Of a stretch of 64,000 nucleotides of DNA, positions 51,301 to 64,000 are shown piece after piece. The stretch covers positions 620,001-684,000 of the forward strand of contig JAJCTO010000009.1 of NCBI GenBank assembly GCA_046563655.1, written 5' to 3'. The translations under genes were made by a program, and so were the position numbers. The notes beneath the pieces were generated by a model. It was not told the DNA's origin and ran no database searches. It saw nothing but the letters and a program-made list of their open reading frames with translations. Origin of the DNA: Yuukianura sp. NJ FZ-2021 (Eukaryota). The stretch's first letter is position 1; each line of letters starts with the position of its first letter.

Positions 51301-54300
51301 ACGCATCTAATACCGGTCCACTTTGTCGTAGTGCATCAACGACTATTACACACGGTGAACCACTTGTTGTCAGCCTTCATCTTTGAGCACAAAGGAGAAG
51401 TGCCGGTGAAATGACAAGCTCGCCCTCACTACAAATACCAACCAGTACTCATTTTGACACTATGAATCACAATGACTCAGACGGCAACTGAACTTCAGGG
51501 GAAATCCCATTATTACATTTTCTAAATCAAAATCGAACATTCAGCATTATTTGTTATTTTGATTAAAATTGTTAGGAAATACTTTTTTATGTCATACTAC
51601 CACCTTGCACTTCCAATAAAGCACACCTGAATAACTGGTGTTCAACAATAATCTGGAATTATATTTTAGCCCAACTCCACTATGCAACAAGTGCATAAAT
51701 CTAACTGTCATTTTGGTATAAACTAATGTGGGAACTATACAACGAAGTTTTAAACATACTGAAAAATGGAATTTATGCCTTGTTATCGCTTATAACCATC
51801 TTCATGGAACGCATCTAATACCGGTCCACTTTGTCGTAGTGCATCAACGACTATTACACACGGTGAACCACTTGTTGTCAGCCTTCATCTTTGAGCTCAA
51901 AGGAGAAGTGCCGGTGAAATGACAAGCTCGCCCTCACTACAAATACCAACCAGTACTCATTTTGACACTATGAATCACAATGACTCAGACGGCAACTGAA
52001 CTTCAGGGGAAATCCCATTATTACATTTTCTAAATCAAAATCGAACATTCAGCATTATTTGTTATTTTGATTAAAATTTTTAGGAAATACTTTTTTATGT
52101 CATACTACCACCTTGCACTTCCAATAAAGCACACCTGAATAACTGGTGTTCAACAATAATCTGGAATTATATTTTAGCCCAACTCCACTATGCAACAAGT
52201 GCATAAATCTAACTGTCATTTTGGTATAAACTAATGTGGGAACTATACAACGAAGTTTTAAACATACTGAAAAATGGAATTTATGCCTTGTTATCGCTTA
52301 TAACCATCTTCATGGAACGCATCTAATACCGGTCCACTTTGTCGTAGTGCATCAACGACTATTACACACGGTGAACCACTTGTTGTCAGCCTTCATCTTT
52401 GAGCTCAAAGGAGAAGTGCCGGTGAAATGACAAGCTCGCCCTCACTACAAATACCAACCAGTACTCATTTTGACACCATGATACACAATGACTCCGACGG
52501 CAATGGAACTTCAGGGGATCCCATTATTACATTTTCTAAATCAAAATCGAACATTCCGCATTATTTGTTATTTTGATTAAAATTGTTAGGAAAGACTTTT
52601 TTATGTCATACTACCACCTTGCACTTCCAATAAAGCACACCTGAATAACTAACTGGTGTTCAACAATAATCTGGAATTATATTTTAGCCCAACTCCACTA
52701 TGCAACAAGTGCATAAATCTAACTGTCATTTTGGTATAAACTAATGTGGGAACTATACAACGAAGTTTTAAACATACTGAAAAATGGAATTTATGCCTTG
52801 TTATCGCTTATAACCATCTTCATGGAACGCATCTAATACCGGTCCACTTTGTCGTAGTGCATCAACGACTATTACACACGGTGAACCACTTGTTGTCAGC
52901 CTTCATCTTTGAGCACAAAGGAGAAGTGCCGGTGAAATGACAAGCTCGCCCTCACTACAGATACCAACCAGTACTCATTTTGACACTATGAATCACAATG
53001 ACTCAGACGGCAACTGAACTTCAGGGGAAATCCCATTATTACATTTTCTAAATCAAAATCGAACATTCCGCATTATTTGTTATTTTGATTAAAATTGTTA
53101 GGAAAGACTTTTTTATGTCATACTACCACCTTGCACTTCCAATAAAGCACACCTGAATAACTGGTGTTCAACAATAATCTGGAATTATATTTTAGCCCAA
53201 CTCCACTATGCAACAAGTGCATAAATCTAACTGTCATTTTGGTATAAACTAATGTGGGAACTATACAACGAAGTTTTAAACATACTGAAAAATGGAATTT
53301 ATGCCTTGTTATCGCTTATAACCATCTTCATGGAACGCATCTAATACCGGTCCACTTTGTCGTAGTGCATCAACGACTATTACACACGGTGAACCACTTG
53401 TTGTCAGCCTTCATCTTTGAGCTCAAAGGAGAAGTGCCGGTGAAATGACAAGCTCGCCCTCACTACAGATACCAACCAGTACTCATTTTGACACTATGAA
53501 TCACAATGACTCAGACGGCAACTGAACTTCAGGGGAAATCCCATTATTACATTTTCTAAATCAAAATCGAACATTCAGCATTATTTGTTATTTTGATTAA
53601 AATTGTTAGGAAAGACTTTTTTATGTCATACTACCACCTTGCACTTCCGATAAAGCACACCTGAATAACTGGTGTTCAACAATAATCTGGAATTATATTT
53701 TAGCCCAACTCCACTATGCAACAAGTGCATAAATCTAACTGTCATTTTGGTATAAACTAATGTGGGAACTATACAACGAAGTTTTAAACATACTGAAAAA
53801 TGGAATTTATGCCTTGTTATCGCTTATAACCATCTTCATGGAACGCATCTAATACCGGTCCACTTTGTCGTAGTGCATCAACGACTATTACACACGGTGA
53901 ACCACTTGTTGTCAGCCTTCATCTTTGAGCTCAAAGGAGAAGTGCCGGTGAAATGACAAGCTCGCCCTCACTACAAATACCAACCAGTACTCATTTTGAC
54001 ACCATGAATCACAATGACTCCGACGGCAATGGAACTTCAGGGGAAATCCCATTATTACATTTTCTAAATCAAAATCGAACATTCCGCATTATTTGTTATT
54101 TTGATTAAAATTGTTAGGAAAGACTTTTTTATGTCATACTACCACTTTGCGCTTCCGATAAAACACACCTGAATAACTAACTGGTGTTCAACAATAATCT
54201 GGAATTATATTTTAGCCCAACTCCACTATGCAACAAGTGCATAAATCTAACTGTCATTTTGGTATAAACTAATGTGGGAACTATACAACGAAGTTTTAAA

Positions 54301-57300
54301 CATACTGAAAAATGGAATTTATGCCTTGTTATCGCTTATAACCATCTTCATGGAACGCATCTAATACCGGTCCACTTTGTCGTAGTGCATCAACGACTAT
54401 TACACACGGTGAACCACTTGTTGTCAGCCTTCATCTTTGAGCACAAAGGAGAAGTGCCGGTGAAATGACAAGCTCGCCCTCACTACAGATACCAACCAGT
54501 ACTCATTTTGACACTATGAATCACAATGACTCAGACGGCAACTGAACTTCAGGGGAAATCCCATTATTACATTTTCTAAATCAAAATCGAACATTCCGCA
54601 TTATTTGTTATTTTGATTAAAATTGTTAGGAAAGACTTTTTTATGCCATACTACCACTTTGCGCTTCCGATAAAACACACCTGAATAACTGGTGTTCAAC
54701 AATAATCTGGAATTATATTTTAGCCCAACTCCACTATGCAACAAGTGCATAAATCTAACTGTCATTTTGGTATAAACTAATGTGGGAACTATACAACGAA
54801 GTTTTAAACATACTGAAAAATGGAATTTATGCCTTGTTATCGCTTATAACCATCTTCATGGAACGCATCTAATACCGGTCCACTTTGTCGTAGTGCATCA
54901 ACGACTATTACACACGGTGAACCACTTGTTGTCAGCCTTCATCTTTGAGCTCAAAGGAGAAGTGCCGGTGAAATGACAAGCGCGACCTCACTACAAATAC
55001 CAACCAGTACTCATTTTGACACCATGATACACAATGACTCCGACGGCAATGGAACTTCAGGGGAAATCCCATTATTACATTTTCTAAATCAAAATCGAAC
55101 ATTCCGCATTATTTGTTATTTTGATTAAAATTGTTAGGAAAGACTTTTTTATGCCATACTACCACTTTGCGCTTCCGATAAAACACACCTGAATAACTGG
55201 TGTTCAACAATAATCTGGAATTATATTTTAGCCCAACTCCACCATGCAACAAGTGCATAAATCTAACTGTCATTTTGGTATAAACTAATGTGGGAACTAT
55301 ACAACGAAGTTTTAAACATACCGAAAAATGGAATTTATGCCTTGTTATCGCTTATAACCATCTTCATGGAACGCATCTAATACCGGTCCACTTTGTCGTA
55401 GTGCATCAACGACTATTACACACGGTGAACCACTTGTTGTCAGCCTTCATCTTTGAGCACAAAGGAGAAGTGCCGGTGAAATGACAAGCTCGCCCTCACT
55501 ACAAATACCAACCAGTACTCATTTTGACACCATGATACACAATGACTCCGACGGCAATGGAACTTCAGGGGATCCCATTATTACATTTTCTAAATCAAAA
55601 TCGAACATTCCGCATTATTTGTTATTTTGATTAAAATTGTTAGGAAAGACTTTTTTATGTCATACTACCACCTTGCACTTCCAATAAAGCACACCTGAAT
55701 AACTAACTGGTGTTCAACAATAATCTGGAATTATATTTTAGCCCAACTCCACTATGCAACAAGTGCATAAATCTAACTGTCATTTTGGTATAAACTAATG
55801 TGGGAACTATACAACGAAGTTTTAAACATACTGAAAAATGGAATTTATGCCTTGTTATCGCTTATAACCATCTTCATGGAACGCATCTAATACCGGTCCA
55901 CTTTGTCGTAGTGCATCAACGACTATTACACACGGTGAACCACTTGTTGTCAGCCTTCATCTTTGAGCACAAAGGAGAAGTGCCGGTGAAATGACAAGCT
56001 CGCCCTCACTACAGATACCAACCAGTACTCATTTTGACACTATGAATCACAATGACTCAGACGGCAACTGAACTTCAGGGGAAATCCCATTATTACATTT
56101 TCTAAATCAAAATCGAACATTCAGCATTATTTGTTATTTTGATTAAAATTTTTAGGAAATACTTTTTTATGTCATACTACCACCTTGCACTTCCAATAAA
56201 GCACACCTGAATAACTGGTGTTCAACAATAATCTGGAATTATATTTTAGCCCAACTCCACTATGCAACAAGTGCATAAATCTAACTGTCATTTTGGTATA
56301 AACTAATGTGGGAACTATACAACGAAGTTTTAAACATACTGAAAAATGGAATTTATGCCTTGTTATCGCTTATAACCATCTTCATGGAACGCATCTAATA
56401 CCGGTCCACTTTGTCGTAGTGCATCAACGACTATTACACACGGTGAACCACTTGTTGTCAGCCTTCATCTTTGAGCTCAAAGGAGAAGTGCCGGTGAAAT
56501 GACAAGCTCGCCCTCACTACAAATACCAACCAGTACTCATTTTGACACCATGATACACAATGACTCCGACGGCAATGGAACTTCAGGGGATCCCATTATT
56601 ACATTTTCTAAATCAAAATCGAACATTCCGCATTATTTGTTATTTTGATTAAAATTGTTAGGAAAGACTTTTTTATGTCATACTACCACCTTGCACTTCC
56701 AACAAAACACACCTGAATAACTGGTGTTCAACAATAATCTGGAATTATATTTTAGCCCAACTCCACTATGCAACAAGTGCATAAATCTAACTGTCATTTT
56801 GGTATAAACTAATGTGGGAACTATACAACGAAGTTTTAAACATACTGAAAAATGGAATTTATGCCTTGTTATCGCTTATAACCATCTTCATGGAACGCAT
56901 CTAATACCGGTCCACTTTGTCGTAGTGCATCAACGACTATTACACACGGTGAACCACTTGTTGTCAGCCTTCATCTTTGAGCACAAAGGAGAAGTGCCGG
57001 TGAAATGACAAGCTCGCCCTCACTACAGATACCAACCAGTACTCATTTTGACACTATGAATCACAATGACTCAGACGGCAACTGAACTTCAGGGGAAATC
57101 CCATTATTACATTTTCTAAATCAAAATCGAACATTCAGCATTATTTGTTATTTTGATTAAAATTGTTTAGGAAATACTTTTTTATGTCATACTACCACCT
57201 TGCACTTCCAATAAAGCACACCTGAATAACTGGTGTTCAACAATAATCTGGAATTATATTTTAGCCCAACTCCACTATGCAACAAGTGCATAAATCTAAC

Positions 57301-60300
57301 TGTCATTTTGGTATAAACTAATGTGGGAACTATACAACGAAGTTTTAAACATACTGAAAAATGGAATTTATGCCTTGTTATCGCTTATAACCATCTTCAT
57401 GGAACGCATCTAATACCGGTCCACTTTGTCGTAGTGCATCAACGACTATTACACACGGTGAACCACTTGTTGTCAGCCTTCATCTTTGAGCTCAAAGGAG
57501 AAGTGCCGGTGAAATGACAAGCTCGCCCTCACTACAAATACCAACCAGTACTCATTTTGACACCATGATACACAATGACTCCGACGGCAATGGAACTTCA
57601 GGGGATCCCATTATTACATTTTCTAAATCAAAATCGAACATTCCGCATTATTTGTTATTTTGATTAAAATTGTTAGGAAAGACTTTTTTATGTCATACTA
57701 CCACCTTGCACTTCCAACAAAACACACCTGAATAACTGGTGTTCAACAATAATCTGGAATTATATTTTAGCCCAACTCCACTATGCAACAAGTGCATAAA
57801 TCTAACTGTCATTTTGGTATAAACTAATGTGGGAACTATACAACGAAGTTTTAAACATACTGAAAAATGGAATTTATGCCTTGTTATCGCTTATAACCAT
57901 CTTCATGGAACGCATCTAATACCGGTCCACTTTGTCGTAGTGCATCAACGACTATTACACACGGTGAACCACTTGTTGTCAGCCTTCATCTTTGAGCACA
58001 AAGGAGAAGTGCCGGTGAAATGACAAGCTCGCCCTCACTACAAATACCAACCAGTACTCATTTTGACACCATGATACACAATGACTCAGACGGCAACTGA
58101 ACTTCAGGGGAAATCCCATTATTACATTTTCTAAATCAAAATCGAACATTCAGCAGTATTTGTTATTTTGATTAAAATTGTTAGGAAATATTTTTTTATG
58201 TCATACTACCACCTTGCGCTTCCAATAAAGCACACCTGAATAACTGGTGTTCAACAATAATCTGGAATTATATTTTAGCCCAACTCCACTATGCAACAAG
58301 TGCATAAATCTAACTGTCATTTTGGTATAAACTAATGTGGGAACTATACAACGAAGTTTTAAACATACTGAAAAATGGAATTTATGCCTTGTTATCGCTT
58401 ATAACCATCTTCATGGAACGCATCTAATACCGGTCCACTTTGTCGTAGTGCATCAACGACTATTACACACGGTGAACCACTTGTTGTCAGCCTTCATCTT
58501 TGAGCTCAAAGGAGAAGTGCCGGTGAAATGACAAGCTCGCCCTCACTACAAATACCAACCAGTACTCATTTTGACACTATGAATCACAATGACTCAGACG
58601 GCAACTGAACTTCAGGGGAAATCCCATTATTACATTTTCTAAATCAAAATCGAACATTCAGCATTATTTGTTATTTTGATTAAAATTTTTAGGAAATACT
58701 TTTTTATGTCATACTACCACCTTGCACTTCCAATAAAGCACACCTGAAAAACTGGTGTTCAACACTAATCTGGAATTATATTTTAGCCCAACTCCACTAT
58801 GCAACAAGTGCATAAATCTAACTGTCATTTTGGTATAAACTAATGTGGGAACTATACAACGAAGTTTTAAACATACTGAAAAATGGAATTTATGCCTTGT
58901 TATCGCTTATAACCATCTTCATGGAACGCATCTAATACCGGTCCACTTTGTCGTAGTGCATCAACGACTATTACACACGGTGAACCACTTGTTGTCAGCC
59001 TTCATCTTTGAGCTCAAAGGAGAAGTGCCGGTGAAATGACAAGCTCGCCCTCACTACAAATACCAACCAGTACTCATTTTGACACCATGAATCACAATGA
59101 CTCCGACGGCAATGGAACTTCAGGGGAAATCCCATTATTACATTTTCTAAATCAAAATCGAACATTCCGCATTATTTGTTATTTTGATTAAAATTGTTAG
59201 GAAAGACTTTTTTATGCCATACTACCACTTTGCGCTTCCGATAAAACACACCTGAATAACTGGTGTTCAACAATAATCTGGAATTATATTTTAGCCCAAC
59301 TCCACTATGCAACAAGTGCATAAATCTAACTGTCATTTTGGTATAAACTAATGTGGGAACTATACAACGAAGTTTTAAACATACTGAAAAATGGAATTTA
59401 TGCCTTGTTATCGCTTATAACCATCTTCATGGAACGCATCTAATACCGGTCCACTTTGTCGTAGTGCATCAACGACTATTACACACGGTGAACCACTTGT
59501 TGTCAGCCTTCATCTTTGAGCACAAAGGAGAAGTGCCGGTGAAATGACAAGCTCGCCCTCACTACAGATACCAACCAGTACTCATTTTGACACTATGAAT
59601 CACAATGACTCAGACGGCAACTGAACTTCAGGGGAAATCCCATTATTACATTTTCTAAATCAAAATCGAACATTCAGCATTATTTGTTATTTTGATTAAA
59701 ATTGTTAGGAAATATTTTTTTATGTCATACTACCACCTTGCGCTTCCAATAAAGCACACCTGAATAACTGGTGTTCAACAATAATCTGGAATTATATTTT
59801 AGCCCAACTCCACTATGCAACAAGTGCATAAATCTAACTGTCATTTTGGTATAAACTAATGTGGGAACTATACAACGAAGTTTTAAACATACTGAAAAAT
59901 GGAATTTATGCCTTGTTATCGCTTATAACCATCTTCATGGAACGCATCTAATACCGGTCCACTTTGTCGTAGTGCATCAACGACTATTACACACGGTGAA
60001 CCACTTGTTGTCAGCCTTCATCTTTGAGCTCAAAGGAGAAGTGCCGGTGAAATGACAAGCGCGACCTCACTACAAATACCAACCAGTACTCATTTTGACA
60101 CTATGAATCACAATGACTCAGACGGCAACTGAACTTCAGGGGAAATCCCATTATTACATTTTCTAAATCAAAATCGAACATTCAGCATTATTTGTTATTT
60201 TGATTAAAATTTTTAGGAAATACTTTTTTATGTCATACTACCACCTTGCACTTCCAATAAAGCACACCTGAATAACTGGTGTTCAACAATAATCTGGAAT

Positions 60301-63300
60301 TATATTTTAGCCCAACTCCACTATGCAACAAGTGCATAAATCTAACTGTCATTTTGGTATAAACTAATGTGGGAACTATACAACGAAGTTTTAAACATAC
60401 TGAAAAATGGAATTTATGCCTTGTTATCGCTTATAACCATCTTCATGGAACGCATCTAATACCGGTCCACTTTGTCGTAGTGCATCAACGACTATTACAC
60501 ACGGTGAACCACTTGTTGTCAGCCTTCATCTTTGAGCTCAAAGGAGAAGTGCCGGTGAAATGACAAGCTCGCCCTCACTACAAATACCAACCAGTACTCA
60601 TTTTGACACCATGATACACAATGACTCCGACGGCAATGGAACTTCAGGGGATCCCATTATTACATTTTCTAAATCAAAATCGAACATTCCGCATTATTTG
60701 TTATTTTGATTAAAATTGTTAGGAAAGACTTTTTTATGTCATACTACCACCTTGCACTTCCAACAAAACACACCTGAATAACTAACTGGTGCTCAACACT
60801 AATCTGGAATTATATTTTAGCCCAACTCCACTATGCAACAAGTGCATAAATCTAACTGTCATTTTGGTATAAACTAATGTGGGAACTATACAACGAAGTT
60901 TTAAACATACCGAAAAATGGAATTTATGCCTTGTTATCGCTTATAACCATCTTCATGGAACGCATCTAATACCGGTCCACTTTGTCGTAGTGCATCAACG
61001 ACTATTACACACGGTGAACCACTTGTTGTCAGCCTTCATCTTTGAGCTCAAAGGAGAAGTGCCGGTGAAATGACAAGCTCGCCCTCACTACAAATACCAA
61101 CCAGTACTCATTTTGACACTATGATACACAATGACTCCGACGGCAATGGAACTTCAGGGGAAATCCCATTATTACATTTTCTAAATCAAAATCGAACATT
61201 CCGCATTATTTGTTATTTTGATTAAAATTGTTAGGAAAGACTTTTTTATGTCATACTACCACCTTGCACTTCCAATAAAGCACACCTGAATAACTGGTGT
61301 TCAACAATAATCTGGAATTATATTTTAGCCCAACTCCACTATGCAACAAGTGCATAAATCTAACTGTCATTTTGGTATAAACTAATGTGGGAACTATACA
61401 ACGAAGTTTTAAACATACCGAAAAATGGAATTTATGCCTTGTTATCGCTTATAACCATCTTCATGGAACGCATCTAATACCGGTCCACTTTGTCGTAGTG
61501 CATCAACGACTATTACACACGGTGAACCACTTGTTGTCAGCCTTCATCTTTGAGCTCAAAGGAGAAGTGCCGGTGAAATGACAAGCTCGCCCTCACTACA
61601 AATACCAACCAGTACTCATTTTGACACCATGATACACAATGACTCCGACGGCAATGGAACTTCAGGGGAAATCCCATTATTACATTTTCTAAATCAAAAT
61701 CGAACATTCCGCATTATTTGTTATTTTGATTAAAATTGTTAGGAAAGACTTTTTTATGTCATACTACCACCTTGCACTTCCAACAAAACACACCTGAATA
61801 ACTGGTGTTCAACAATAATCTGGAATTATATTTTAGCCCAACTCCACTATGCAACAAGTGCATAAATCTAACTGTCATTTTGGTATAAACTAATGTGGGA
61901 ACTATACAACGAAGTTTTAAACATACTGAAAAATGGAATTTATGCCTTGTTATCGCTTATAACCATCTTCATGGAACGCATCTAATACCGGTCCACTTTG
62001 TCGTAGTGCATCAACGACTATTACACACGGTGAACCACTTGTTGTCAGCCTTCATCTTTGAGCTCAAAGGAGAAGTGCCGGTGAAATGACAAGCTCGCCC
62101 TCACTACAAATACCAACCAGTACTCATTTTGACACCATGAATCACAATGACTCCGACGGCAATGGAACTTCAGGGGAAATCCCATTATTACATTTTCTAA
62201 ATCAAAATCGAACATTCCGCATTATTTGTTATTTTGATTAAAATTGTTAGGAAAGACTTTTTTATGTCATACTACCACCTTGCACTTCCAATAAAGCACA
62301 CCTGAATAACTGGTGTTCAACACTAATCTGGAATTATATTTTAGCCCAACTCCACTATGCAACAAGTGCATAAATCTAACTGTCATTTTGGTATAAACTA
62401 ATGTGGGAACTATACAACGAAGTTTTAAACATACCGAAAAATGGAATTTATGCCTTGTTATCGCTTATAACCATCTTCATGGAACGCATCTAATACCGGT
62501 CCACTTTGTCGTAGTGCATCAACGACTATTACACACGGTGAACCACTTGTTGTCAGCCTTCATCTTTGAGCTCAAAGGAGAAGTGCCGGTGAAATGACAA
62601 GCTCGCCCTCACTACAAATACCAACCAGTACTCATTTTGACACCATGATACACAATGACTCCGACGGCAATGGAACTTCAGGGGATCCCATTATTACATT
62701 TTCTAAATCAAAATCGAACATTCCGCATTATTTGTTATTTTGATTAAAATTGTTAGGAAAGACTTTTTTATGTCATACTACCACCTTGCACTTCCAACAA
62801 AACACACCTGAATAACTAACTGGTGTTCAACAATAATCTGGAATTATATTTTAGCCCAACTCCACTATGCAACAAGTGCATAAATCTAACTGTCATTTTG
62901 GTATAAACTAATGTGGGAACTATACAACGAAGTTTTAAACATACTGAAAAATGGAATTTATGCCTTGTTATCGCTTATAACCATCTTCATGGAACGCATC
63001 TAATACCGGTCCACTTTGTCGTAGTGCATCAACGACTATTACACACGGTGAACCACTTGTTGTCAGCCTTCATCTTTGAGCTCAAAGGAGAAGTGCCGGT
63101 GAAATGACAAGCTCGCCCTCACTACAAATACCAACCAGTACTCATTTTGACACCATGAATCACAATGACTCCGACGGCAACTGAACTTCAGGGGAAATCC
63201 CATTATTACATTTTCTAAATCAAAATCGAACATTCCGCATTATTTGTTATTTTGATTAAAATTGTTAGGAAAGACTTTTTTATGCCATACTACCACTTTG

Positions 63301-64000
63301 CGCTTCCGATAAAACACACCTGAATAACTGGTGTTCAACAATAATCTGGAATTATATTTTAGCCCAACTCCACTATGCAACAAGTGCATAAATCTAACTG
63401 TCATTTTGGTATAAACTAATGTGGGAACTATACAACGAAGTTTTAAACATACTGAAAAATGGAATTTATGCCTTGTTATCGCTTATAACCATCTTCATGG
63501 AACGCATCTAATACCGGTCCACTTTGTCGTAGTGCATCAACGACTATTACACACGGTGAACCACTTGTTGTCAGCCTTCATCTTTGAGCTCAAAGGAGAA
63601 GTGCCGGTGAAATGACAAGCTCGACCTCACTACAAATACCAACCAGTACTCATTTTGACACCATGATACACAATGACTCCGACGGCAATGGAACTTCAGG
63701 GGATCCCATTATTACATTTTCTAAATCAAAATCGAACATTCCGCATTATTTGTTATTTTGATTAAAATTGTTAGGAAAGACTTTTTTATGTCATACTACC
63801 ACCTTGCACTTCCAACAAAACACACCTGAATAACTAACTGGTGTTCAACAATAATCTGGAATTATGTTTTAGCCCAACTCCACTATGCAACAAGTGCATA
63901 AATCTAACTGTCATTTTGGTATAAACTAATGTGGGAACTATACAACGAAGTTTTAAACATACCGAAAAATGGAATTTATGCCTTGTTATCGCTTATAACC
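6378..64000. repeat. Tandem satellite array, ~508-bp unit, ~113 head-to-tail copies, continues beyond the window
   Basis: Repeated ORF starts recur every ~494-512 bp. Units differ at a limited set of biallelic sites and small indels (GGGATCCC/GGGAAATCCC, +ACTA, a ~14-bp deletion). No inversions or further insertions seen. Confidence 0.99.

Noticed and set aside
3616..63615. About 110 copies of a 64/79-aa ORF as protein-coding genes
   Set aside because: By-product of the tandem repeat: GTG start, no recognisable domain, and lost in some units (TAG variants). Kept only as a low-interest finding.
6378..64000. CRISPR array
   Set aside because: Units are ~508 bp and near-identical throughout, with no unique spacers and no cas genes.

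Overview
Eukaryotic (probably invertebrate animal) repeat DNA with no ordinary genes. About 92% of the window is a head-to-tail tandem array of a ~508-bp AT-rich unit (~115 copies; units vary from ~494 to 512 bp) that runs off both ends. The many 64-aa 'ORFs' are just this unit repeated. The first 6.4 kb holds three young, cleanly bounded insertions: (1) a 2.76-kb non-coding LTR retroelement (374-3136; 383-bp LTRs, tRNA-Arg-type PBS, PPT, CATA target duplication); (2) a 5'-truncated CRE-like RT+RLE non-LTR retrotransposon on the minus strand (3945-6377; poly(A) tail, TTCAGCATT target duplication); (3) nested in it, a 530-bp Transib-type non-autonomous DNA transposon (5127-5656; CACTATG TIRs, GAATG TSD) whose removal restores one intact reading frame. 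The most interesting unexplained signals are RNA-structural. The LTR element's internal region carries two repeated motifs with covarying or compensatory stems. Each satellite unit has a ~150-nt near-invariant core that folds by eye into a multi-helix structure whose common variants fall in loops or keep pairing, so the array may be a tandem ncRNA gene cluster. All folding was done by eye and no database search was run.
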